DNA of 64,000 bases from Spirochaetia bacterium (GTDB lineage: Bacteria > Spirochaetota > Spirochaetia > DSM-27196 > Salinispiraceae), in contig JBBRCZ010000003.1 of the NCBI GenBank assembly GCA_038204425.1, positions 64,001 through 128,000 of the forward strand. Direction: 5' to 3'. This document shows, one piece after another, positions 30,029 to 39,216 of the stretch. The notes beneath the pieces are model-generated. The model was not told the origin of the DNA and did not search any database. It saw only the letters and a program-made list of their open reading frames with translations. Within the stretch, counting starts at the first letter, position 1. Each line of letters starts with the position of its first letter. A program made the translations under genes and the position numbers.

Positions 30029-30352
30029 ATGGCAGGAATCGGCGACGCGTTATCTAAGTTTCAGACAAACTACCAGGATTCGAGTCTTGGCAACATCAAT
30101 GCAAGCGACAAAGACAAGCTGCGCGAGGCTGGCGTGGAGTTTGAAGCCATATTTGTCAAAATGATGCTCGATAGCATGCGAAAAAACGAGAACAAAAAAG
30201 ACCGATTGATTGACGGCGGCATGGCAGAAGAGATTTTTGAAGATATGCTTTATACAGAATACTCTCGCAAAATGGCCAAGGTTGGCAATTTTGGCATTGC
30301 CGAAGCGATTGTGCGCCAATACGAAAGATCCACTCCCTCCAAGACATACTGA
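30029..30352 (+). CDS. flgJ: Single-domain FlgJ rod-binding protein
   Basis: LREAGVEFEAIFVKMMLDSMRK and FEDMLYTEY. There is no muramidase domain. Confidence 0.88.
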   Translation: MAGIGDALSKFQTNYQDSSLGNINASDKDKLREAGVEFEAIFVKMMLDSMRKNENKKDRLIDGGMAEEIFEDMLYTEYSRKMAKVGNFGIAEAIVRQYERSTPSKTY

Positions 30353-30386
30353 CGCTATTCAATTTGAATAGATTGGCAATAAGATC

Positions 30387-30420
30387 GACCCTATGCATTG
30401 TGCATAGGGTCTTTTTCTTT
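30387..30420 (+). terminator. Rho-independent terminator of flhO-flgG-flgJ
   Basis: GACCCTATGCA-ttg-TGCATAGGGTC followed by TTTTTCTTT. Confidence 0.85.
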
Positions 30421-30556
30421 GCTGCAATGCAGAATGCATAGGATAGGTACGCCGGGCAGGCGCAAAATAAAAACTGAGAAAGTTTCACTATATGGTAGAT
30501 GATTTAAATCATTATTGTATAACAGTATACATAATAATTCTGACGGTAGTAATTCT

Positions 30557-30572
30557 TGGCACGAAAACTGCA
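30557..30572 (+). promoter_or_regulatory. Sigma-54 (RpoN) -24/-12 promoter of rpoS
   Basis: TGGCACG-AAAA-CTGCA matches the consensus TGGCACG-N4-TTGCW with correct GG/GC spacing, 22 nt before the ATG. Confidence 0.82.
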
Positions 30573-30594
30573 ATAGATTAGCGGGGGTCAAACA

Positions 30595-31434
30595 ATGACT
30601 GCAAGTAAAAACATGATGACAAGCCTTGATGATGGTTTGGATGAATACTTTCTCCAAATTAGAAAATATACGCTGCTTAATTTTGAGACTGAACTTGAAC
30701 TTTCTAGACAAATTGAACAGGGCGATGAGGCAGCCAAGCTGAGATTGATCCAATGCAACCTTAGACTGGTTGTTAAGATTGCTCGTCAGTACTTAACTAG
30801 TGGAATAAACTTGTTGGACTTGATCCAAGAAGGTAACTTGGGACTTATGCATGCTGCCGAGAAGTATGACTATCGCCATGGAGCAAAGTTTTCTTCATAT
30901 GCCTCTTGGTGGATTAAACAAGCAGTAGTTAGAGCAATAAGTAACAAAAAGCGAGCAATTCGTCTGCCTCATCGCAAGGAAGAACTTTTGAGAAACCTCA
31001 ATCGTTCTTTTTCAAGACTCAGTCAGGACTTGATGCGAAAACCAAGTATGCAAGAACTTGCAAGTGACTTAGGCATATCGCTTGAAGAAGCGCACCAAGT
31101 ATTGAGCGTTGGAGCGACACCCCTGAGTATGGATTCGGAATTCGACGACGACGCTTTAAACATGCACGATGTTTGCCAAGACTTTACCTATGCACCAGAA
31201 CGTATAATGGAACACGACCTAGTAAAAGAGCAAATTAACCAGCTTTTGAGTAAACTGGAACAGCGAGAACAACTTGTGCTTCGTCATCGCTACGCCTTGG
31301 GTGGCGACCGCAAAGAAACTCTTAAAGACCTGAGTGCTCGCATGGGAGTAAGTCCCGAAACCATTCGTCAAATAGAAATGAAGGCCATAAAAAAAATGCG
31401 AGAAATTAGCCTAAATCAGCTAGAACTTGCCTAA
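30595..31434 (+). CDS. rpoS: Group-2 sigma-70 factor, Borrelia-type RpoS
   Basis: Regions 1.2, 2, 3 and 4 are present without 1.1 (NLRLVV, DLIQEGNLGL, KFSSYASWWIKQ). PHRKEELL and TLKDLS...SPETIRQIE resemble Borrelia RpoS as I recall it, and the gene order matches. Confidence 0.8.
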   Translation: MTASKNMMTSLDDGLDEYFLQIRKYTLLNFETELELSRQIEQGDEAAKLRLIQCNLRLVVKIARQYLTSGINLLDLIQEGNLGLMHAAEKYDYRHGAKFSSYASWWIKQAVVRAISNKKRAIRLPHRKEELLRNLNRSFSRLSQDLMRKPSMQELASDLGISLEEAHQVLSVGATPLSMDSEFDDDALNMHDVCQDFTYAPERIMEHDLVKEQINQLLSKLEQREQLVLRHRYALGGDRKETLKDLSARMGVSPETIRQIEMKAIKKMREISLNQLELA

Positions 31435-31471
31435 CTTGACCTAAGCTGCCCTTGGACTCTACACTTGGCGG

Positions 31472-32437
31472 GTGATAAGTCGCCTTGTAGGTCATTTTCT
31501 AGTTTGTACAACGTTTTGTTTTGCTTTTTTTTTGACAGGCTGTGAGCGGCAAATTAACAAAGCCGGCCCTAGTACTCTCACCGATGTTGAGCCCAGCTAT
31601 ACTTCCTTAGTGCAGGCAACTAGCACTATCGGCTCTGCCAGCACAAGTTCTAGCACAAGTTCTAGTCTTACTCGCCACCCAAACAAATCCGATCGACCAG
31701 TGCTTTATATTGTTCTGGATGATGTCGGGCACAACATGAGCGATACTGCGCGTTTTCTTGACCTTCCTATAGCACTAACCTTTGCGATACTTCCAGATCT
31801 AAAGTATACTCAAATCCTTGCGCAGTTAATTGCACAGACTAAGCATGGTGTAATCCTGCACCAGCCTATGCAGCCGGTTTCCAAGCAAAACCCCGGTCCA
31901 GGTGTCATCAAGCGCGGTATGTCTAAGGAAGAAGTCGAGCGAATTCTTGAAAAAAATAGTGCGCAGTTGGGAGCAATCCAAGCTATTAATAATCATATGG
32001 GCTCGCTTGGAACAAGTGATCCAAAACTAATGAGCTATGTGTTTGGATTTCTCAAGAAAAAAAACTGGGCTTTCCTCGACTCACGCACCAGCACAAAGAC
32101 TGTAGCTCGTATAATTAGCAAAGAATTTGGCGTTCCATTGATTGAGAGGGATATATTTTTGGACAACCTTGAACAAGAAGAGGCAATCCGAGCTGCTTTG
32201 CAGCGCGGTCTGATAAAAGCACGCCAACAGGGCTACGCGGTAATGATTGGCCACGTCTGGTCTGACGACTTGGTCAAGGTTCTTTTTGACGTCTATCCCC
32301 AGATTCTGGAAGAGGGTTTTGACTTTGACACTATTGCGTCTTGGTTCTTGGGAGCCAAAGGTTTGAGTCCTGGCAATCCTGAAGCGCCTATCTTTTTTGA
32401 AACAGGAAACAATGGCGATGATAGTTCTCGGTATTGA
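31472..32437 (+). CDS. Divergent polysaccharide deacetylase family lipoprotein
   Basis: IVLDDVG, ILHQPMQP, NNHMGS, FLDSRT and RDIFLDN, with lipobox LTGC. Confidence 0.9.
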   Translation: MISRLVGHFLVCTTFCFAFFLTGCERQINKAGPSTLTDVEPSYTSLVQATSTIGSASTSSSTSSSLTRHPNKSDRPVLYIVLDDVGHNMSDTARFLDLPIALTFAILPDLKYTQILAQLIAQTKHGVILHQPMQPVSKQNPGPGVIKRGMSKEEVERILEKNSAQLGAIQAINNHMGSLGTSDPKLMSYVFGFLKKKNWAFLDSRTSTKTVARIISKEFGVPLIERDIFLDNLEQEEAIRAALQRGLIKARQQGYAVMIGHVWSDDLVKVLFDVYPQILEEGFDFDTIASWFLGAKGLSPGNPEAPIFFETGNNGDDSSRY

Positions 32438-33434
32438 GAGTTCATGTGACGAGTGCTCGATAGCCTTGGTAGAAGACGGAAAGCGCATCCTTGGTCACGT
32501 TATTCACAGTCAGGTTGAGATTCACAAAAGCTACGAGGGAGTTGTGCCAGAGATTGCCAGTCGAGCGCACTTGCAGACCATAGCTCCGGTTTTTGATGAA
32601 ACCTTAAAACAGTCGGGGCTAAAACTGGAGCATATTGAGGCATGTGCCGTTAGTGTTCAACCTGGTTTGAGTGGTTCTTTGCAAGTAGGATTGTCCTTTG
32701 CCAAAGGGTTTTCCTGGGCTCGTGGCATCCCGTACATTGGTGTTGATCATATTTTGGGCCACTTGTATGCCGCACAATTAGAAGTCTCAATCGACTACCC
32801 ACATTTGGCGCTATTGGCTAGTGGTGGTCACAGCATCATTGGTATCTGTCACAGCTTTGAGCGTTTTGAGGTACTTGGTGCCAGCATAGATGATGCGATA
32901 GGGGAAGCCTTTGATAAGGTGGCTAAGCACCACGGTCTGGGCTATCCTGGTGGCAAACTTATTGACGAGTTGGCACGTCAAGGAAAACCTTTGGCGTTTA
33001 AGTTTCCGCTCTCTCGTCTAGACCCGACCAAACATCGCTTTGATGTATCATATTCTGGTCTCAAGAACGCAGTCATAAATCAGTCTGACAAGTTTTGGGA
33101 CGGTCGCAGTGAAAAAAATCTGCCTAATATTGCTGCAAGTTTCGAAAAAGTGGCGGTTGATATGTTGTACAAACAGGTTTTAAAAGCAGCTGAACAGACA
33201 GGCCTATCAGTTTTGGTGGCAGGCGGTGGGGTGGCTGCCAACACGTATTTGCGCACACTGATGAACGAAAGCAAACACTTGCAAACTTACTATCCATCCT
33301 TGCAACTTTGTGGCGACAATGCAGCAATGATTGCTGGCCTCGGGTACCACTTTCTTAAGGCTGGACAACACTCCACCTGGGAGCAATCAGTTAAGTCTCG
33401 AGTAAAAGACTTTAGACATCTGCCTCTATCATAA
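32418..33434 (+). CDS. tsaD: tRNA N6-threonylcarbamoyltransferase
   Basis: LGIESSCDE, GVVPEIASRAH, HILGH, SGGH and DNAAMI. Confidence 0.97.
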   Translation: MIVLGIESSCDECSIALVEDGKRILGHVIHSQVEIHKSYEGVVPEIASRAHLQTIAPVFDETLKQSGLKLEHIEACAVSVQPGLSGSLQVGLSFAKGFSWARGIPYIGVDHILGHLYAAQLEVSIDYPHLALLASGGHSIIGICHSFERFEVLGASIDDAIGEAFDKVAKHHGLGYPGGKLIDELARQGKPLAFKFPLSRLDPTKHRFDVSYSGLKNAVINQSDKFWDGRSEKNLPNIAASFEKVAVDMLYKQVLKAAEQTGLSVLVAGGGVAANTYLRTLMNESKHLQTYYPSLQLCGDNAAMIAGLGYHFLKAGQHSTWEQSVKSRVKDFRHLPLS

Positions 33435-34404
33435 AGTCGGTGGCCAGTTTCTCTAGGTCTTCAAAGTCTTCTGGTTCAATAACTTGAAGTTTAAATTCGT
33501 TGGCAATTATCTTGAGTGCTATGGCATCAAGTGCTTTGACAAAGGCAAGATCGCTCTTATGTTTTGACAGTAGTTGACGCTTTATAATCGACTGGCGTAC
33601 TTCGTCTTGCCATGGCAAGAAAGCAATGTATTCAATCGCAATGCCTAAATATCGTGCACAAATCTGTCGAAGTCGCGAGCCTAGTCGTAGTTCGTCAACG
33701 TCTTTGCCCATATTTATGATAACGCGCGGCATAAATGATGCAAAGCGTTCGCGTAGCTTGAGGCCTTTTTTGGGCTCTAGTGCCTGGACTTGGTCCAAAC
33801 AATCGGCCAAGCTTGCAACCTGAGGCGAGTCTTCTCCAGCTTCTCGGCGTGCCGAAAAAAAGTTTCTGACTATCTGGCGTGAATCACCCTTGGCAGGAAG
33901 TGACATCAGCATCAGCCTGTAGAGTGAAGTCTTAATAAAACTGTAGGCGTTTAGGATTGAGGTAGGTTCGGGGCTGGAAACCACAAATCCAAGTTCGGCC
34001 GTTAGCCAAACATCGGTAGTGTTAAAATGGGTGCCCGCGCCAAGGTCCAGAATGATATAGTCGGCCTCCAGTGTGTGCAGTTCCTTGAGCAGCTTTTGCT
34101 TGCGCAAAAAACTCATGTTTGCGGTTCCTGGCATAAGACTGTCGCCGGCCACAAAGAAAAGATGTGCTTGGTCGAGAGCTTGAACTAAAGTCTTAAGTTC
34201 TATTGTTTTATCGTTAAAATAGCTGCCGAGGCCAGGGCTGGTATTTTTGATCCCCAATATGGTATGAGCATTGGAACCACCAAAATCCATGTCAACCAGA
34301 ACGGTGGTCTTGCCATGGCTTGCCAACAAGGAAGCGAGATTTGCGGAAATAACCGACTTACCAACACCACCTTTTCCGCTTGCTAAAGGAATTATAATAG
34401 GCAT
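33412..34404 (-). CDS. MinD/FlhG-family P-loop ATPase
   Basis: Deviant Walker A SGKGGVGKS, DLGAG and PEPTSILNAY. Confidence 0.9.
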   Translation of the reverse strand: MPIIIPLASGKGGVGKSVISANLASLLASHGKTTVLVDMDFGGSNAHTILGIKNTSPGLGSYFNDKTIELKTLVQALDQAHLFFVAGDSLMPGTANMSFLRKQKLLKELHTLEADYIILDLGAGTHFNTTDVWLTAELGFVVSSPEPTSILNAYSFIKTSLYRLMLMSLPAKGDSRQIVRNFFSARREAGEDSPQVASLADCLDQVQALEPKKGLKLRERFASFMPRVIINMGKDVDELRLGSRLRQICARYLGIAIEYIAFLPWQDEVRQSIIKRQLLSKHKSDLAFVKALDAIALKIIANEFKLQVIEPEDFEDLEKLATDFMIEADV

Positions 34405-34564
34405 AATTTTAAGTATAGAAGCAGCTCAGCAGAAAGTGCGAGAAAACATGCGTCAATTGTCAAAGTCTTGGAACGCTGGCTGGCAGTTTCGCTTGAAATG
34501 TCTCGCCCGCTTAGCCTATTATAAGCGGAATTGTTAAAACTATAAGTCGCTACTAGGAGTTGTC

Positions 34565-35050
34565 ATGTCGTTGTGCCCATGTGGATCAGGAAAAGCCTTA
34601 GAACTTTGCTGCCAGCCTTACATTTTGAGTCAAGCCAAGGCACCAAGTGCCGAGGCGCTGATGCGAAGTCGTTATAGTGCATATGTCTTACATGCCATTG
34701 ATTATATATTGGCTACAACAACCACCCATGGTGGCAAAGACGTGGATCCTGCTTCTACTAAGGCCTGGGCTGAGGAATCGACCTGGCTGGGTCTAACCGT
34801 TGTCAGAACAGAAAAAGGTGGTGCCATCGACAACGAAGGCGAAGTTGAGTTTATCGCCCGTTACAAGCAAGATGGCAAAGAAAACAAACACCATGAAGCA
34901 GCCTTCTTTAAAAAGGAAGCTGGGGTCTGGCTTTACGACCATGGCAGTCTGGTTACCGAAACGGTAGTGCGATTAAGTCCAAAACAGGGAAGAAACGATC
35001 CGTGCCAGTGCGGGTCGCTCAAGAAATTCAAACACTGCCATGGCAAGTGA
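34565..35050 (+). CDS. ychJ: YchJ-family SEC-C motif protein
   Basis: CPCGSG...[12 protein letters not shown] and C-terminal [19 protein letters not shown]. Confidence 0.92.
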   Translation: MSLCPCGSGKALELCCQPYILSQAKAPSAEALMRSRYSAYVLHAIDYILATTTTHGGKDVDPASTKAWAEESTWLGLTVVRTEKGGAIDNEGEVEFIARYKQDGKENKHHEAAFFKKEAGVWLYDHGSLVTETVVRLSPKQGRNDPCQCGSLKKFKHCHGK

Positions 35051-35062
35051 TAGACTTGGCAG

Positions 35063-35785
35063 ATGAACGTCATGATAGATAATGGTCGGATTCTTGAGCG
35101 AGTAAAAAAACTGCTGGCACTCTCTCAAAGTCCCAATGAAGCCGAGGCTGCTTCCGCGTTGGAAAAGGCACATGAGCTTTTACGAGACTACAACTTAAGC
35201 ATAGAAAACATAACTGTTGATTCGGACTATGCAATCGATGCCTACGAACAAGGCACGAGGCTTCAATCCTGGAGATTGGTGTTATTGTCAGTGCTGTGTG
35301 ATTGTAACTACTGTAAACTTTTGGAATCTCGTGACTATCTCCAGCCAGGTGATGCGGCGGACACACGCACGATCTATACGCTAAAGATTGCTGGCAGGCC
35401 GCACAATATCGATGTCTGCAAAAGCTTGGCAGACTATTTGCTCAAAGCTGTTGAAAGACTTGCCAAGGTTATGGCAAGCGGCAAAGGGAAACAGTACATT
35501 TCCAGCTACAAGATGGGCTTAAGCAGCAATTTGATCGAGCGCCTAAGGCAACTTAAACAAGAGGATAGTCTGCAGGCAACCGGGCATGAGTTGATTGTTA
35601 GAGAGAGCGAAAATGTTGACGCATTTCTGAGTCAAAAATTTGATAGGTTGAGAAATAAGACAACTAGAGCACGAGTCTCGCAAGCAAGTGCTTATGCCCA
35701 AGGCCAAAAAGACGGCCAAAATATTGCTCTCAATGCTCAAGTTCGCAACCAGGCCCGCAGCGATGCGACTAAGGCGCTTAACTAG
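35063..35785 (+). CDS. DUF2786 domain protein
   Basis: ILERVKKLLALSQSPNEAEAASALEKAHELL. Confidence 0.85.
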   Translation: MNVMIDNGRILERVKKLLALSQSPNEAEAASALEKAHELLRDYNLSIENITVDSDYAIDAYEQGTRLQSWRLVLLSVLCDCNYCKLLESRDYLQPGDAADTRTIYTLKIAGRPHNIDVCKSLADYLLKAVERLAKVMASGKGKQYISSYKMGLSSNLIERLRQLKQEDSLQATGHELIVRESENVDAFLSQKFDRLRNKTTRARVSQASAYAQGQKDGQNIALNAQVRNQARSDATKALN

Positions 35786-35876
35786 CCAATCATTCTTAAA
35801 GACATAACAGCAAACAGTTTCCTTCTAAGTGTGGTATACTATAGGCACAGCAAGCTTTTGCAAGGAGCCTAAAACA

Positions 35877-36887
35877 GTGGACACCGATGCCTTGCTTTCC
35901 AAAATAATTGCTCTCACCCAAAGAATTTTACTTCCGGCAGGCCAAGAACTTGCATTAATTTTTGAAGAAACCAGTCAAGTGCTTTCCCAAATGGACCCAA
36001 GTATCAGGCCCCTTGCTAGTAATGGCGGACTCGGCGGTCTGATTGAGCTGCATCGGGATCTACCTTGTATTATTGTTCCCGATCTGCACGCTCGAGTTGA
36101 CCTGCTTCCCGCGCTCTTACAAACCGTGCCCCCAAAGCAAAGTTTGACTACACTTGAGCTTCTGAGTTCCAACGCTATCCAAGTCTTGATGTTGGGGGAC
36201 GGTCTGCACAGCGAAGGGGCCGAAGCTGCACTACGGTGGCACAGTGCATGGAACGAGTACCTGATGGATTGGAGCGAGAGCTCTGCCATGGATCAGGAGA
36301 TGACGCTTGCGTTTAACGCTATGGAACAAGTCTCGCTACTCTTAAGAGCCTTTTCTGAACAGTTCTTTTTCTTAAAGGGAAACCACGAAAACATACTTAA
36401 TGAAGAGGGTGGGGGTAACCACCCTTTTGGTAAGTTTGCTGATGAAAGTCGCATGACTTTGACCTGGACAGCACAGTTTTTGGGAGAATCATTTCTTAAG
36501 CACTATAGCGTTTTTGAAAAGTCATTGCCCTTGGTAGCACGAGGCAGGAATTTTCTATCAATCCATGCCGAACCAGCTTTTGCTTTGGCGCCAAGTGATG
36601 CAATAGATGCCTATCTAAACCCACTCTTAATAGAAGCTTTGACCTGGACAGCCAATGGTGGCGCCCAAGCTGATGCTGTAAAGCTAAGCTTGGCTGCCTT
36701 TCTGCCACCAAAAAGCAGACCCGGATTGATTTTTTGTGGGCACCGCGTAGTAGCTGAACGCTTTGCCCTGCGCAGCGCAGGACTTTTGGTTCAGATACAT
36801 GATAAAGAGCGTTTGCAGGCCGCTATAGTCTACCCAGACAAAACCTTTGATCCAAAGACCGCTATCTTTGACTTAGTGGCAAACTAG
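35877..36887 (+). CDS. Calcineurin-like (PPP-type) metallophosphoesterase
   Basis: PDLHAR, LGDGLH, KGNHE, IHAE and CGH motifs. An AAGGAG RBS precedes GTG 35877. Confidence 0.85.
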   Translation: MDTDALLSKIIALTQRILLPAGQELALIFEETSQVLSQMDPSIRPLASNGGLGGLIELHRDLPCIIVPDLHARVDLLPALLQTVPPKQSLTTLELLSSNAIQVLMLGDGLHSEGAEAALRWHSAWNEYLMDWSESSAMDQEMTLAFNAMEQVSLLLRAFSEQFFFLKGNHENILNEEGGGNHPFGKFADESRMTLTWTAQFLGESFLKHYSVFEKSLPLVARGRNFLSIHAEPAFALAPSDAIDAYLNPLLIEALTWTANGGAQADAVKLSLAAFLPPKSRPGLIFCGHRVVAERFALRSAGLLVQIHDKERLQAAIVYPDKTFDPKTAIFDLVAN

Positions 36888-38317
36888 GCCTTTGGTTTCT
36901 TCTTGCTTTTGACAATCGCCTTGTCATCAAAGACCACAATTGTTCCATTGAAATTTATCACATCTCCTGGACTGAGTTCCTTCTTGCTGACCGTTTTATT
37001 GTTGACCACCACCGTGCTGCTTGAAATCAGAGTATATTTGCCCGTGATAGTGTCGCGGACTATTGTTACAGGGTTCGTTTGCAATTGGGTGTTACCGGCA
37101 ATCGTGAGATCCGCAGTAGTATCTGCTCCAATAATGGTGCGATCGCCTACTTCCAAGAAGCGATTGGTGTTTACAGCACCCGGACCGTAGAGCAGCTGCA
37201 AGTTGGCGCTCGAGCTAGGTTTGTCCAGCTTTACCAAGGCCAAGAGCAACCAAGCCAAGAGAGCAAGTGGCATCAGAAAGTAAATCCAAGGCGGCAAAAG
37301 TGTAAGCGCTTGGCCAAAAACAGTACCAACATAGTAATAACGGGTAGATTCTGCCTGTTGTGCACCGTCGGTAAAACGTAGTTTTACCCATCGTTTGTCC
37401 CCATCAAGCATCAAAGGTCGATAGTCAATTCGAATTTCCTGGACAATACTTTGATGAATGCTGCGATAAATTGCTATTAGTTCGTTGTCGTCCTTAGCAT
37501 CAAATACCGCACCGCCAGACGCGATGGCTATTTCGGACAATTGACTATCTTTGGCATCAGGCCCAAAATTAACGGCAAAGATGGTCCAACCTTGCAAAAT
37601 GGCCTCGTGTAGCGCTTCTTGAGCAGTAAAACTTCGGTTTGCAAACTGAGGGCTGGGCTTATTCTCAAAATCTTTAAATGGATAGTTAACGCCGTCGGAA
37701 AGCACTATCATCGCTTTGCGTCCATTTATGGTCTCACCCTCGGTGCTCGCCATGGTTATGCCCGCATACAGCTCGGTATAACCGTCTTCTCGTGCTGGTC
37801 TAACTATGCTAGATATGGCGGCCGAGACAGTCTGCTTGTCTATCTGCGGGCGTAGCAAGTTTTGGTAGCGAGTATTGAATACCGCAAGCCCTATACTATC
37901 TGTCGGTCCAGTGACCGAAAGCAAAAAATTACTCGCCGCACGGTTGGCTGCAAAAAATCGAGTCTGAGCCAAATCCTCGGTTTTCTTGCCATCGAGTGTG
38001 TCGTACATGCTGCCCGAGTTATCGAGCAAAAACAAGAAGGAAATGCCGGCACTTACGTTGCTGTCGACCGAAATAGTCACATCCCCAGCTGGGATAAACT
38101 GTTTACCGTCGGCCGACTCCAAGATTTCCAGATTGCCTTCTAAAGAATTGGGAACAGAATTTTTGACCAAGCTTTGTATAGTGGCATAGACCGTATTTTT
38201 CTGTTCTGTCAAAAGTAGACTGGGATCAATCTGTGTAATAAAGGCACTTTGGGACGAACCGAGAGCCACCGCCACAAACAAGCAGGCTAGCTTTATGGTA
38301 ATTTTAGATAATTTCAT
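36884..38317 (-). CDS. Exported VWA domain - TM - cytoplasmic FHA-like domain protein
   Basis: Signal peptide, MIDAS DNSGS...T...VLSDG, TM WIYFLMPLALLAWLLLALV and a degenerate FHA at the C-terminus. Confidence 0.85.
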   Translation of the reverse strand: MKLSKITIKLACLFVAVALGSSQSAFITQIDPSLLLTEQKNTVYATIQSLVKNSVPNSLEGNLEILESADGKQFIPAGDVTISVDSNVSAGISFLFLLDNSGSMYDTLDGKKTEDLAQTRFFAANRAASNFLLSVTGPTDSIGLAVFNTRYQNLLRPQIDKQTVSAAISSIVRPAREDGYTELYAGITMASTEGETINGRKAMIVLSDGVNYPFKDFENKPSPQFANRSFTAQEALHEAILQGWTIFAVNFGPDAKDSQLSEIAIASGGAVFDAKDDNELIAIYRSIHQSIVQEIRIDYRPLMLDGDKRWVKLRFTDGAQQAESTRYYYVGTVFGQALTLLPPWIYFLMPLALLAWLLLALVKLDKPSSSANLQLLYGPGAVNTNRFLEVGDRTIIGADTTADLTIAGNTQLQTNPVTIVRDTITGKYTLISSSTVVVNNKTVSKKELSPGDVINFNGTIVVFDDKAIVKSKKKPKA

Positions 38318-38328
38318 AGACTTCCTTC

Positions 38329-39216
38329 TCAGCCAAAATATCCGTAAAGGATTTTTGCGCTGCCAATTTGTATGACGTCGTCAAGCTTGAGTTGAATCTT
38401 ATCAATCTTGACTTCATTTACTAATACTGTTCCATCTCGAGCTTGCAGAACGACAGCATCTTTCTTGACCTGCAACTGGGCATGTAGCGCCGCCACGTCG
38501 TCGTAGCCAATCAACACAATGTCTGACCTTGTATGCTGGCCAATCGTAAGCCGACGCTGATTTACTAAGAACTCTTTTCCTTTTTGTTGTCCATTGAGGA
38601 CCTTAAGGCTACCAAGTGAAAATCGCTTTTCTAATATCGAATAGAGTAAACTTATGCTTGCTCCCAAAAGAATTAAAGCTATTAGACGGCCGAAGATAAA
38701 GCCAGGGAAGTGAATAGTGCTGGCAATAAACACCAATCCACCCAAAAGACCTCCAAAAAGGCCCCCGGTGATACCAAGCAAGGTCTTTTTAAACGACATA
38801 GATCGCAGTCCTTCGCTTGCGCCAATTGCCGCGCCCAAAACAGCCCATGCACTGGCTTGAGCCAGAATTAGGCCAATGCTTGCTTTGTCTGAGCCGGCCT
38901 GAGTCAGCTGATCACCGGCGGCAAACAGCAGGCTTTGGGCTAAGAAAGCGCCCAGTATTGCACCAACAGCCCCAGTCAAAAGGCCTGACAACGCTCCCCA
39001 AAGTGCCTTAGAAACAGATCGAGTTAAGACACCTTCTGTTGATCCAAAAAAGGCGCCGAGCACTGAACCAATCACTAGCCCCAAGCTAAGCGTAAACCAA
39101 AAATATGAACCAAAAGCCGATTGCAGGCTCATTAGCGTCTCAATCGCTGGCCATACGAATAGGGCCGATAGAACGCCGATGGTTACCAGCACAAGTCTTC
39201 GTACCAGATAGGTCAT
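38329..39216 (-). CDS. Gly-rich polytopic membrane protein with C-terminal FHA-like domain
   Basis: About 6 Gly-rich TM helices, then LKVLNGQQKGKEF...LTIG...HAQL...DDVIQIG. Confidence 0.82.
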   Translation of the reverse strand: MTYLVRRLVLVTIGVLSALFVWPAIETLMSLQSAFGSYFWFTLSLGLVIGSVLGAFFGSTEGVLTRSVSKALWGALSGLLTGAVGAILGAFLAQSLLFAAGDQLTQAGSDKASIGLILAQASAWAVLGAAIGASEGLRSMSFKKTLLGITGGLFGGLLGGLVFIASTIHFPGFIFGRLIALILLGASISLLYSILEKRFSLGSLKVLNGQQKGKEFLVNQRRLTIGQHTRSDIVLIGYDDVAALHAQLQVKKDAVVLQARDGTVLVNEVKIDKIQLKLDDVIQIGSAKILYGYFG

